The notes: generated from the letters alone by a model not told the origin. A stretch of DNA of 64,000 bases from an uncultured archaeon (GCA_964486045.1 CAZALK010000009.1:137309-201308); one strand, 5' to 3'. Counted from the stretch's first letter, positions 10,168-20,084 are shown. A program made the numbers and translations.

Positions 10168-10169
10168 AA

Positions 10170-11312
10170 ATGGGAACCTGTAAGTTTTGTGGGGAAAAAG
10201 ATAGTGCAATATCTGAGATCCTTCAAGTGTGCAGAAAATGTGTTTTGGAAGGAGATTGGACCAAAGTAAAGCCACATATTTATACAGTTCATGAGCAAGT
10301 GAGAAAACTTGTAGAATTACCTAAAGAACCACCAAAAGCACAAAAACCGTATATAAAGTTAAAATGCAATTATTGTATAAATGAATGTTCCCTCTCTCAA
10401 AATGATGTAAGTTATTGTGGATTAAGGAATATCCACAGAGAGAAAACTGGTGATTTACCTTTTCCATCTAAATCTAAAGGATATATTCATGGTTATATTG
10501 ATCCAAATCCAACAAACTGTTGTAATGCCTGGTTTTGCCCAGCAGGGTCATCAGTTGGATTTCCGGAATATTCAGATTATGAAGACCCTGAGTTTGGGAC
10601 ATATAGTTATGCTGCATTTTTGTATGGTTGTACCTTTAATTGTTTATTCTGCCAGAATTCCTCTCATAAACATTTTTCAAAAAGAAATCTATTTAACGCT
10701 GAAATGCTCGCAAATCAGATTGTTAATAATAAGGATATCACATGCATCTGCTACTTTGGTGGTACCCCAGAAGCTCAGCTGCCTTTTTCAATTAATTTAT
10801 CTAACAAAATACTAGAAAAAATTAAACAAGAAAAGAAAAAACGTAAATTTCGAGTATGCTTCGAATGGAATGGTTCAGGAAACAGAAATTTAATTGAAAA
10901 ATGCATGCAAATTGCTATTAATTCAGGAGGAAATATTAAATTTGATTTAAAGACATTCCATGAAAAATTAAATCTTGCTTTATGTGGAGTAAGTAATAAA
11001 CGAACCCTTGATAATTTTAAATTTCTAGCTGAAAACTATTTTGGAACGAGAGGTCAAGATATGCCAGAGATGAGTGCTTGCACCCTATTAGTCCCGGGAT
11101 ATACTACCTATGAAGAAGTTGAGTTAATTGCGAAATTCATCAGTTCTATTAATAAAAATATTCCTTATAGCTTATTAATATTCCACGGAGATTATCAAAT
11201 GAGAGATTTAAGAGTTACAGCTCGAGAGCAGGCTTTAAAATGTTTGGAAGTTGCAAAAAAATATCTAAAAAGAGTAAATTTAGGAAATAAATTCTTATTG
11301 GGAATAGCTTAA
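10170..11312 (+). CDS. Radical SAM protein, PFL-activating-enzyme/AmmeMemoRadiSam-like
   Basis: GCTFNCLFCQN (CxxxCxxC), YFGGTP, FDLK, TLLVPGY and N-terminal Cys clusters. Confidence 0.88.
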   Translation: MGTCKFCGEKDSAISEILQVCRKCVLEGDWTKVKPHIYTVHEQVRKLVELPKEPPKAQKPYIKLKCNYCINECSLSQNDVSYCGLRNIHREKTGDLPFPSKSKGYIHGYIDPNPTNCCNAWFCPAGSSVGFPEYSDYEDPEFGTYSYAAFLYGCTFNCLFCQNSSHKHFSKRNLFNAEMLANQIVNNKDITCICYFGGTPEAQLPFSINLSNKILEKIKQEKKKRKFRVCFEWNGSGNRNLIEKCMQIAINSGGNIKFDLKTFHEKLNLALCGVSNKRTLDNFKFLAENYFGTRGQDMPEMSACTLLVPGYTTYEEVELIAKFISSINKNIPYSLLIFHGDYQMRDLRVTAREQALKCLEVAKKYLKRVNLGNKFLLGIA

Positions 11313-11413
11313 TATAATACATATACCCTTTAAAAACTCAGATTTCAAGAACTAAAATAATAAAATTTAATTTGAACTACTCTTTTTAGATAATAATATG
11401 ATTAAAAGATTTG

Positions 11414-11762
11414 GTGAGTAAAAAAATACAAAAAGCTAGAATAAGGCTTTCTTCTACTCAATTAGACGCACTTAAGTCGGTATGCGGACAAATTGAGTCT
11501 GTGTGCAAAACACTTTCAAACCTCTTGTTAGTGGTGCGACTCACAGGGTATTAGAAAGAACGGACCTATTCCTCTTCCCACAAAAAGATTACGTGTGCCA
11601 ATATTAAAAGCGCCCTCTGGACAAGGAACTGCTACCTGGGCAAAATTTGAGATGCGTATTCATAAACGTCTTTTTGAAATAATTGCTAATGAAAGAAGCA
11701 TGCATCTCATTATGAAGATTCAAATTCCCGAGTCAGTGCTTGTAGAAATTGAACTAATGTAA
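11414..11762 (+). CDS. rpsJ: 30S ribosomal protein uS10, interrupted by a 31-nt insertion (absent from ORF track)
   Basis: First frame: QKARIRLSSTQLDALKSVCGQIESVC; second frame: GIRKNGPIPLPTKRLRVP...GTATWAKFEMRIHKRL...VEIELM*. Removing 31 nt near 11506-11536 joins them into 105 aa. Confidence 0.93.
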
Positions 11763-11766
11763 ATGT

Positions 11767-12525
11767 TTATAAATCATCTATTTTAATCTGAACCGGATCT
11801 TTCGGTAATTTTGCTTTCTCATTAATTTCGATATTATCGACATAGTAAATAGTGCCAAGAACTTCCGTATTTTTACCAATTGTTACATCTCTGCCTTTAA
11901 TATCACCTTCAACATGCGCCCTCCCAATGTTTACAATGTTTTTAGCGAAAACACTCCCGTGGATTATATAATGTTGCTTTTTTCTTATAGTTTCTGAAGC
12001 TCCAATTAGGATATCTTCAGCAACGACATTTCCTTCTATATGTGTTTTCCCTTCTATTCTAATCTTTTTTTCAGAAGATAAGTTTCCGTTAACATTTGAA
12101 GAACCAGAAAAGGTTACACCTTGTTCTCCTCTCACAAAATGTCCTGCTTTGAAAGAACCAGATGCAATTAAAGAACCTTGGATATTAACAAGATTACCTA
12201 TTTGCGTTGAACCAGAAAAATCCGCATTTTCATCTCCATAAAGAAATCCAGCAATATTAAAAGAACCCGAGCTACTTACATCTCCATGCGCGTTTATATT
12301 ACCTGATCCTTTTAAAGATCCTGATGAAGTAAGCCCATTACATTCCAAATCCCCATTAATTCGACCTGAACCTGAAACTCGTATGGATTTATTTATTTTT
12401 CCACCCGAGATTTTTGCTGAGCCAGATACGCTTATATGTTCTTCATATTCTTTTAGGCTCCCTGAGCTACTGATTATTGCTCTTTTCTCATTTTGCTTTA
12501 CAGATTCACCCTCTTTTTTTTCCAT
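11767..12525 (-). CDS. Polymer-forming cytoskeletal (bactofilin-like) beta-helix protein
   Basis: Repeated (V/I)SGS-x-x-I-x-G-(N/D)-(L/V) units. Confidence 0.8.
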   Translation of the reverse strand: MEKKEGESVKQNEKRAIISSSGSLKEYEEHISVSGSAKISGGKINKSIRVSGSGRINGDLECNGLTSSGSLKGSGNINAHGDVSSSGSFNIAGFLYGDENADFSGSTQIGNLVNIQGSLIASGSFKAGHFVRGEQGVTFSGSSNVNGNLSSEKKIRIEGKTHIEGNVVAEDILIGASETIRKKQHYIIHGSVFAKNIVNIGRAHVEGDIKGRDVTIGKNTEVLGTIYYVDNIEINEKAKLPKDPVQIKIDDL

Positions 12526-12710
12526 TTTTAATCACAACTAATAGAATTGATATACAGTAATATAAAATCAAGTTTAATAAAACATTTACTTATTTCTTTA
12601 TTCTAGAAGAAAACTTGAGTTTAATTAATCAGATTTAAATCAATATATAATTATAATTCTATTAGTTAATTAGAAGCTTACTTAACAAAATAAAACGAGA
12701 ATGTATTGTA

Positions 12711-13436
12711 ATGGGAGATTTTCACACAAAAACGTTTTATGGGCAAAAATCAAGTTTATTAATTTCTAGCCCAGCAAAAATTACTCCTTACGTTTTCCTT
12801 AGTTGTATTAATAGGAAGGATGATGGGGCTTGGGAGAGGCCAGTTAAGGGGGAAGGGAAAACTGTTAAACTATCAATTGAAGAAATAATATGTATTTTAG
12901 AAGTTCTATATAGAAGAAGTGCAAATTGGAGAGGATTTCATGTATTTAAAGATCGCAAAACAGAGATTTATGCCGGATGGGAAGATAAAAGTCGTCAAGT
13001 ATTGCTGATAAAGATCGGGAATTATATGAAGAAACTCAGATTTCCTAATTTGAATTTTTTAACGTTACTGCTTGAGCATCTATTATCTGAGAAAATAGAG
13101 TTTGCTACGAGTGGGACATTCGAATCTGAGAGGAAGGAAAAACAAGAAGTTGATGAGGAATCTGAATACGGGGTTTTTGCAGAATATATTACGGCTAGAG
13201 ATGGTTTACATATTGTAGAAACTACTGAATATGATACTTCTATAGATACCTTCGATATAAATGCTAAAATAAAAGTTGATAGTCCTAAGGCTTTAATGAT
13301 TACGTTAGAATCTGGTGAGGAGTATTGGATACCTAAATCAACAGTACATTCAGTATATGATGTAAATAATAAAGAGATGTTTCAGAGGTTTGTAGTAGAT
13401 AAATGGATAATTGAAAAATATAAGATTTCAAAATAA
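12711..13436 (+). CDS. Hypothetical protein, possible Whirly/PC4-like ssDNA-binding domain plus small C-terminal beta domain
   Basis: YGQKSSL, WER...VKLSIEEI and GFH motifs; C-terminal SPKALMI...EYWIPKS. Confidence 0.55.
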   Translation: MGDFHTKTFYGQKSSLLISSPAKITPYVFLSCINRKDDGAWERPVKGEGKTVKLSIEEIICILEVLYRRSANWRGFHVFKDRKTEIYAGWEDKSRQVLLIKIGNYMKKLRFPNLNFLTLLLEHLLSEKIEFATSGTFESERKEKQEVDEESEYGVFAEYITARDGLHIVETTEYDTSIDTFDINAKIKVDSPKALMITLESGEEYWIPKSTVHSVYDVNNKEMFQRFVVDKWIIEKYKISK

Positions 13437-13517
13437 AGGATCTAGTAAAAACCATAATTTCAAGAAACGAAAAAAGATAATAACTAATTTTTACTTCTTT
13501 ATCTAATAATTCTCTGT

Positions 13518-14357
13518 TTGATTCAAATGGGATTCACTATTAATTTTTTGAAACAAATCACTTTAAATGTATTTGATGTAGTTTCTCCCCTTTTGGGGAC
13601 AAAAGAAGCTGCTATAAAATCTAAAAGAGGTGCTGGGGGAGATATATCAATGAATATTGATATTGTTGCTGAAAATGCTATAATTGAAACGTTAGAGGAA
13701 GCCAGTATTGATTTATTATTAATTAGTGAAGAAGTGGGGGAAAAATTTATAGGTGATAAAGAAAAAGCAAAGGAGAATCAATTAACTTTAATCGTGGATC
13801 CATTAGATGGGTCAAATAATGCGGTTAGAGGTGTACCCTACTGTTCTGTATCAATAGCATCAGCGATTGGTACAAAAATAAGTGATATCAGAAAAGCTAC
13901 TGTCCTTAATTTGAACACTAAAGATATTTATTGGGCAGAGAAAGGAAAGGGTGCTTTTCTTAATGATAAAAAAATCCAAGTCTCTAATTTAGATATTTCT
14001 CAAAAATGCTTTTTTGAACTCAACCTCCCTAAGGAAAATTTTATGAAAGTTTTTCAAGATCTAATGCCAATAATAAGAAAATTTTATCGAATGAGAATAT
14101 TGGGAAGCAGTGCACTAACTTTATGTCAAGTAGCAGGTGGTAATATGGAAGCCTTTATTAACATGAGGAATAGTAATAGGTTAGTTGATGTAGCAGCAGG
14201 ATTGTTGATTTTAAAGGAAGCCGGAGGAAAATTTTTTTCGTTAAACGGGACTGAGATTGATTTTCCATTATCAATAGATGTTAGATTTCCATTTGTAGCT
14301 TGTAATGCAAACTTAGAACCTTTCCTTAAAACAGAAATCCAAAATAAAATAAACTGA
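13518..14357 (+). CDS. Inositol monophosphatase / archaeal FBPase class IV
   Basis: ISEE, VDPLDGSNN, RILGSSAL and VDVAAG motifs. Confidence 0.93.
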   Translation: MIQMGFTINFLKQITLNVFDVVSPLLGTKEAAIKSKRGAGGDISMNIDIVAENAIIETLEEASIDLLLISEEVGEKFIGDKEKAKENQLTLIVDPLDGSNNAVRGVPYCSVSIASAIGTKISDIRKATVLNLNTKDIYWAEKGKGAFLNDKKIQVSNLDISQKCFFELNLPKENFMKVFQDLMPIIRKFYRMRILGSSALTLCQVAGGNMEAFINMRNSNRLVDVAAGLLILKEAGGKFFSLNGTEIDFPLSIDVRFPFVACNANLEPFLKTEIQNKIN

Positions 14358-14374
14358 AATGTAAGCCGAATATA

Positions 14375-15535
14375 ATGAATTCAAGAGAAAGGGTACGGAT
14401 TACATTAAACCATAAGGAACCCGATAGTGTTCCATTGGATTTAGGTGGAAACCAATCAGGAATTCATATAAAAGCATATAAAAGACTTATTGATTATCTT
14501 GGAATCGAAGATAAAGAAATTAAAACCTACGATTATATACAGCAACTTGCAACTCCATCTGAGATATTATTAGAACGTTTTAACATCGATACGAGGTATA
14601 TTCGACCTCTTGGTGGCATGGTTAAAATTGATGATTTCGAAGTAGAATATGAAGGAAATTATGTTGGTGTTTATGATCAATTTGGATGTTTTTGGGGAAA
14701 TAATGCTAATAAAGATTTAAAGAACATCTTGTATTACGATCCTGTTTTTCATCCCTTTGAGGATTTTAAGACAGTTCAAGATATTAAGGGATTTGATTGG
14801 CCTGATGGAACCGATAAATCCCCATTTGAAGGATTAAAAGAATATGCTAAAGGATTACACGACCGAACTAATTTTGCATTAGGATCTGCGCCAACAGGGT
14901 GCATTTACGAGTACACAACTTTTCTTTTTGGTTTCACTAGAGCTTTAAGATATCTAAAGAAAAAACCAGAATTAATAACTGCTGCAATGGAAGGACTTTT
15001 ACAATATTGGGTTGATTACAACATCACATTTTTGAATGAAGTTGGTCAATACTTAGATTTTCTGTGTATCAATGGAGATCTCGCAGAACAAGCTGGCCCT
15101 ATAATGGACTTGAGGACATATAAAGATTTGATAAAGCCCATTGAGAGGAAACTTTCTGAAAAAGTTCATTCTTTAGCAAACCTAAAGATAAATTATCATT
15201 GTTGTGGTTCAATCCCACAATTTATCCCCCATTTTGCAGAAATTAAATATAACGCAGTTAATCCCGTTCAAATTTCGGCATATGATATGGAGCCTTGTAG
15301 CCTAAAAAAACGTTTTGGGAAAAAAATTGCTTTTTGGGGTGGTATGTGTAACTCACAAGCTACGCTACCTTTTGGTAATCCTAAACAAATAAGAAAAGAA
15401 GTTAAAAGAAATTTTTGGTGCTTGAAACCTGGTGGTGGTTTTGTAGCAGCAAATATTCATAATATCACAGCAGAAGTTCCCCCTCAAAATATAGTAGCTA
15501 TGTTTGACGCTGCAAATGAATTTAGAAATTACTAA
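14375..15535 (+). CDS. Uroporphyrinogen decarboxylase / MtaA-CmuA family protein
   Basis: MNSRERV...HKEPDSVPLD, HCCG, NPVQ and GGFVAANIHNI. Confidence 0.88.
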   Translation: MNSRERVRITLNHKEPDSVPLDLGGNQSGIHIKAYKRLIDYLGIEDKEIKTYDYIQQLATPSEILLERFNIDTRYIRPLGGMVKIDDFEVEYEGNYVGVYDQFGCFWGNNANKDLKNILYYDPVFHPFEDFKTVQDIKGFDWPDGTDKSPFEGLKEYAKGLHDRTNFALGSAPTGCIYEYTTFLFGFTRALRYLKKKPELITAAMEGLLQYWVDYNITFLNEVGQYLDFLCINGDLAEQAGPIMDLRTYKDLIKPIERKLSEKVHSLANLKINYHCCGSIPQFIPHFAEIKYNAVNPVQISAYDMEPCSLKKRFGKKIAFWGGMCNSQATLPFGNPKQIRKEVKRNFWCLKPGGGFVAANIHNITAEVPPQNIVAMFDAANEFRNY

Positions 15536-15538
15536 AAT

Positions 15539-16615
15539 TTAAGCAGGTACGTTGATTGGATAATTACCATATTTTCTCCGAATGTTTTGCATCGATTCAA
15601 ATCGATCTACTGTAACTGCGGGATTAATACTATGCCCCGAACCAAAAATATAGCCCCCATTTGGTCCTAACTCGCGAATTAGCCTTTTTGCATTAGCTTC
15701 GATTTCAGAAATCTTTCCCATTGCTAATAATACAGGGCTTAAATTACCAGAAAATGTTATTTGATCACCATATTTTTGATGTAACTTAAAAATATCATAT
15801 TCTGGATTTGCGGTCATCGGTTCAATTGGATTTATTATATCGACCCCACATTTTATAATATCTTCAAAAATATCTAATAGATCGCCATCAGAGTGTAACA
15901 TTATCTTACAATTTCTTTTATGGGCAACCTCACAAATTTGTTTTAACCACGAAAAGACGTATTTTCTGTAATTTTGAGGGCTCATAAATAACCCATTCTT
16001 AAACCCATAGTCATCCCATAATAGAATTATCTGAGCATCATTATCCGCTAAAATTTTAACAAGTTCTACAGTGAATTTTCCCCTATCGTCAAAAACTTTC
16101 TTTGCTTGTTTTGGTTTTTTCATTATTCTTGAGAAAGTCTCAATTCCAAATCCCTCCCAAGTACATTCCATCATTGCTCCTGTAGCTGGAATAGAAAAAA
16201 CTTCATTATTTAATTCTTCCTGAGTTTTTCTACCTAACTTAAATTGTTCAATTCTTGTATTTAAATAAGGATCTGGTTGTTCCCAACTCTCATATTCTTC
16301 AAAGGATTGAAATTCTCCTCCATGATATCCTGATAATGTTGTTCCATCTTTGTATGATTCAAACTTCATTATTCTTCCATATTCATCTACATATCCTCCT
16401 TTGAAAAATTTCCGTGGGAAGAGACTTACATAACTTAAAACTAAGTCTATACCGACTCTCCTAAAAAAATCATAAATTATTTTGTAACCACGACCAACAC
16501 TCTCCATACGATAATATTTCAAAATTGTATCGTTTGTAAAAGCGCTTTCAAACGCAGGAATTCTATCTGGTTCTTCATGATTTATGACTTTTAATATTCT
16601 TTCTGGTGCTCTCAT
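15539..16615 (-). CDS. Uroporphyrinogen decarboxylase / MtaA-CmuA family protein
   Basis: HEEPDRIP, DDYG, HSDG, NPIEP and GGYIFGSGHSI. Confidence 0.88.
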   Translation of the reverse strand: MRAPERILKVINHEEPDRIPAFESAFTNDTILKYYRMESVGRGYKIIYDFFRRVGIDLVLSYVSLFPRKFFKGGYVDEYGRIMKFESYKDGTTLSGYHGGEFQSFEEYESWEQPDPYLNTRIEQFKLGRKTQEELNNEVFSIPATGAMMECTWEGFGIETFSRIMKKPKQAKKVFDDRGKFTVELVKILADNDAQIILLWDDYGFKNGLFMSPQNYRKYVFSWLKQICEVAHKRNCKIMLHSDGDLLDIFEDIIKCGVDIINPIEPMTANPEYDIFKLHQKYGDQITFSGNLSPVLLAMGKISEIEANAKRLIRELGPNGGYIFGSGHSINPAVTVDRFESMQNIRRKYGNYPINVPA

Positions 16616-16709
16616 TATCCCCTAATTCTTAAGAAGTAATTAGAATTAATATAATTAATAACATAGTTCTTGCTAAATAAATTATTCTTTAAAGAAGGGA
16701 TATTGATAA

Positions 16710-17306
16710 TTGACAAATTTTAAACGGTTGAATCGGGAGTTTTTCAGTAGAAATACCATAACAGTGGCAAAGGAGTTATTAGGGAAGTATTTAATAAGAG
16801 AAACAGATAAAGGTACCATGGTAGGAGAAATTATAGAAGTTGAAGCATATCTCGGAACTGAGGATAAAGCTTGTCATTCTTATAATTATAAAAAAACCGA
16901 AAGAATAAAGATTATGTATGAAAAACCCGGAACTTTTTATGTTTATTTAATATATGGTATGTATCATTGTTTAAACGTTATCACTGAACCTGAAGCAATA
17001 CCTTGCGCGGTGTTAATCAGACAATTATACCCAATTGATGGGATTGAACTAATAGTCGAAAATCGGAAGATTAGGAAGAGTAAAAAACCTAAAAATTTAA
17101 CCAATGGTCCAGGAAAATTATGTATGGCTTTTAATATTACTAAAGATGAATTCAATGGAAATGATTCGGTTGCAAATGACTCAAAATTATTTTTTGCCCA
17201 TACTGAGAAACAATTTGATAAAACTTTTATCTCTCTTAAAAGAATCGGGGTTGAATATGCCGAGGAAGATAAAGACAAGCTACTCCGGTTTAAATTAACT
17301 AAATAA
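16710..17306 (+). CDS. mpg: DNA-3-methyladenine glycosylase (MPG/AAG family)
   Basis: VAKELLGK, EVEAYLG...DKACHS, YVYLIYGMYHCLN, AVLIR, GPGKL and RIGV. Confidence 0.95.
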   Translation: MTNFKRLNREFFSRNTITVAKELLGKYLIRETDKGTMVGEIIEVEAYLGTEDKACHSYNYKKTERIKIMYEKPGTFYVYLIYGMYHCLNVITEPEAIPCAVLIRQLYPIDGIELIVENRKIRKSKKPKNLTNGPGKLCMAFNITKDEFNGNDSVANDSKLFFAHTEKQFDKTFISLKRIGVEYAEEDKDKLLRFKLTK

Positions 17307-17495
17307 CACGGATATATATCAAAAAAATAGTGTCTTTTATTTGAATTCAATGAGGAGTTTTCTATTTTTTTCTATTACAAATTTGACATTAATGGATACA
17401 TTTAAATATTAGAATTCTTCAAATATACATTGTAGAAAGGGATATTGGTTGTAGGTTTATTATACATTTATTATAAAATTTAGTAAGGTGATTCT

Positions 17496-17948
17496 ATCGT
17501 AAAAGATGCCTTGAAGTTTTTTCAAGCATATATTAAAGAAATGATTGATATTGGTGGAAATAATTTACCAAAAGCAATTTCTACTAAATCTGGTGCAAAA
17601 TTAGGTAAAATATATAAAGGAAAAAGTTTAGTTTCAGATATTGAAAGTGCTCTGAAACAAATTTATATTGCTTTGAAAGCAAAACCAATTGTAAAAAAGC
17701 TAAACGATAATCACTATGAAGTAATAGTTAAATACTCTAAAGGATTCTGCTTAATAGGAGGATCTAATAATTCCTCGCGATCGCATGTTTTTCAAGAAAA
17801 TATATGTATCCCTTATACAAAGGGATTCTTAAATGAACTTTTCCCACAATACAAGTTTGAAGAGGATATCATTAACTGTATCCCGTTAAATGGACAAAAA
17901 ACATGCCATTATAAGCTAAAAGTTTCAAACAGACGAAACTTCGTATAA
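17496..17948 (+). CDS. V4R / methanogen-output-domain-like small sensor protein (tandem paralog 1)
   Basis: Paralog of 18082 (KDALKFFQAYI..MID.GG.NLPK, C.IGG, ICIPY, KTCHY). ORF-track start is TTG 17511; homology suggests ATC 17496. Confidence 0.7.
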   Translation: MVKDALKFFQAYIKEMIDIGGNNLPKAISTKSGAKLGKIYKGKSLVSDIESALKQIYIALKAKPIVKKLNDNHYEVIVKYSKGFCLIGGSNNSSRSHVFQENICIPYTKGFLNELFPQYKFEEDIINCIPLNGQKTCHYKLKVSNRRNFV

Positions 17949-18081
17949 TACTTATTTTTTAAATCTTGGTTGGACAACTCTAATTAATAATAAAAGAATA
18001 TAAAATATTAAATACTTTTAATCCGAGATTTATATAATTCTTTTTTAAGGTTATCACAACATAGTAGGTCTTAATAGTATC

Positions 18082-18534
18082 ATGTCAAAAAATAAAGATG
18101 CTCTGAAGTTTTTTCAGGCATATATTAACGAGATGATTGATGTGGGGGGTCCTAATCTTCCTAAATCAATATCTGTCAGCTTAGGTGCGAAGTTAGGCAA
18201 ATTATTAAGAGAACGCGGAGTTTCTGGTGTTGAAAATAGTTTAAGGAAAATACATAAGGTTTTAAAGGCTAAAACTAAAATCGTAGCAAATGATAATAGT
18301 GCGTTAGATATCTATCTAAGATATTCAAAACGATTTTGCCCTATAGGGGGGAAAATCAATCCTGAACGGGCAAGAGTAATCCAAGATACAATTTGTATCC
18401 CGTATATATCATCTATTTTGAATTCTCTACATCCAGATTTAAAATTTTTCCCCGTAATAAAAGAATGCATTCTCAATTCTAATGAAAAAACTTGCCATTA
18501 TGAATTAAGAATGGAGGATAAAAAAGGGAAGTAA
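18082..18534 (+). CDS. V4R / methanogen-output-domain-like small sensor protein (tandem paralog 2)
   Basis: CPIGG, ICIPY, ECI and TCHY Cys pattern. Confidence 0.72.
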   Translation: MSKNKDALKFFQAYINEMIDVGGPNLPKSISVSLGAKLGKLLRERGVSGVENSLRKIHKVLKAKTKIVANDNSALDIYLRYSKRFCPIGGKINPERARVIQDTICIPYISSILNSLHPDLKFFPVIKECILNSNEKTCHYELRMEDKKGK

Positions 18535-18552
18535 ACTTTATGTAATAAAAAA

Positions 18553-18852
18553 CCCAAGCCTCGAATCCTCAATTCTAGTGCTATAGCCGATAGTCATGCC
18601 TCTCCACACCCTTACTATAAAGCGTAAATACCTATAGTTACGGTTGTTCCATCCCTGGCCTAGCCGGTTTTCTAATTACAAGCTTATATCTTTCCTTCAA
18701 AAGACACTGCTCTGATACCTACCATTATAGGGAATGCTTCGCCGAGAACATAACGCTGGATAACAATAATCATGAAGCCTTGACCTGGGCAATTTCCGCT
18801 GTGAGGATTTTACGGTCCGTCCAGCAATGGGACTTCAGACCACCCCAAAAGG
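18553..18852 (-). ncRNA. ffs: Archaeal SRP RNA (7S RNA)
   Basis: GC-richer ~300-nt non-coding island. The minus strand has the helix-8 signature AACCGGCTAGG-CCA-GGGA-TGG-AACAACC (18641-18668) and a 5' Alu-like pair of hairpins with complementary GCTG/CAGC. Ends are approximate. Confidence 0.85.
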
Positions 18853-18953
18853 TCCATATTATTAAAATGAACCTACAGTTAAAAATTTATTGTCCTAAGA
18901 AACATAAGTTAATTATTGCTGAAATCACTGCGAATATTTGATGTTTATATTCT

Positions 18954-19112
18954 TTATTTTAAAACAATTTCTTTATTTAATTTTCGTCTTAGAATTGAAA
19001 TAAATTCTTTTGTATCTGGAAAAATGTAAACAACTTCTTCCCCATCATCTTCAATAATAATTTCTCTTGAAAAAGTTCCGTTAACTTTAACCTTTAAATC
19101 GTTCAAAATCAT
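18954..19112 (-). CDS. Small hypothetical protein (52 aa, below ORF-track cutoff)
   Basis: MILNDLKVKVNGTFSREIIIEDDGEEVVYIFPDTKEFISILRRKLNKEIVLK* fills an otherwise empty gap. Confidence 0.4.
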   Translation of the reverse strand: MILNDLKVKVNGTFSREIIIEDDGEEVVYIFPDTKEFISILRRKLNKEIVLK

Positions 19113-19226
19113 AAATGAAATATATGAAGCCTAAGTTCAAAAATTCTTATAACATGGCGATGATATCATAATCTGTAATCTCATAAGAAGAAAAAGTAAA
19201 AAAATTGAATAAGTTCTCACTTATTT

Positions 19227-20084
19227 TTAGTTTAATAAAAGCTGATCTAGATAAGTTCTTATCTGAGTTTCTGAGGTGCTTCCATTTTTAATAATTTTAC
19301 TGAAATACCCATTTAAATGCATTTTTATTTCAGTATTAAGATCTCGAATATCAATGTAGTTATATCTACTTTTAAGCTTTTTACTATCAATTAAAGGTTT
19401 TATGTGTTTCTCCACTAAATTTAAGATAAAACCAACTACAGCTCTATTCACTTTATTTTCATCATTCCTAGATAATTCATAATCACTGTGAATTGCCATA
19501 TCTCGAATTTCATTCAATTCTAAAAGAATTTTCTCCATACCAACCGATAGCTCAAGAGCTTTTATTTTATTTTCAAGATCCTTATTATTCTCAGCTGAAA
19601 ACTGAGAGTTGCAATAATTCTCTAAATTTGCATAAAACCGTACTAAGAGTTTAAAAGCATCTTTAATTTCGTACATATTTTCAAAAGCTGCTAAATCTAA
19701 ATCTTTCAATGAGGTATCGATTTCCACCTTAATTTTTTCCACAGCCATTGCTAAATATTGTGAATAATCTTCAAATGGAAATCCAAAATAATAATTATTA
19801 TATTTTTCTGTAATTTCCTTAACCTCTGGCCTTTGAGCTTGAATTTTTTCTTTCTTTACAATTTCCTTAACAAACTTTAAAACATAATTACATTTAGGAC
19901 AGTATGTAATCCACGAGCTTAAAATAACTTCTATAGGCTTAACACCTCTTGAGCTAATATAACCATTAAATCCTGATAAATTTTTTCCATCCGAAGTCGA
20001 AAATATTGATTCTTCTGGATAAAACGTTCTTGGAATGAATTTACTATTACACACTGGGCATTTTAATTTATCTTTTTGTTTCAT
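19227..20084 (-). CDS. Zn-ribbon protein with putative HEPN-like domain
   Basis: CPVC...CPKC ribbon; helical domain with ELNEIRDMAIH (R-x4-H). Confidence 0.6.
   Translation of the reverse strand: MKQKDKLKCPVCNSKFIPRTFYPEESIFSTSDGKNLSGFNGYISSRGVKPIEVILSSWITYCPKCNYVLKFVKEIVKKEKIQAQRPEVKEITEKYNNYYFGFPFEDYSQYLAMAVEKIKVEIDTSLKDLDLAAFENMYEIKDAFKLLVRFYANLENYCNSQFSAENNKDLENKIKALELSVGMEKILLELNEIRDMAIHSDYELSRNDENKVNRAVVGFILNLVEKHIKPLIDSKKLKSRYNYIDIRDLNTEIKMHLNGYFSKIIKNGSTSETQIRTYLDQLLLN

Noticed and set aside
11513-11544. The rpsJ insert read on the minus strand (GTCGCACCACTAACAAGAGGTTTGAAAG) resembles a CRISPR repeat
   Set aside because: Single copy, with no spacers or cas genes in the window. Still worth comparing with the genome's arrays, since a match would suggest misassembly or ectopic integration.
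11480-11546. Spliceosomal-like signals in rpsJ (GTATGC or GTGTGC ... GACTCAC-AG)
   Set aside because: GT-AG excision (67 or 46 nt) is in frame but deletes 12 or 5 residues of a conserved uS10 helix, and no spliceosome is known in archaea.
14375-16615. Convergent UroD/MtaA pair as a novel methyl-transfer system
   Set aside because: The family is commonly multi-copy in these archaea, and no corrinoid protein or activator is adjacent.
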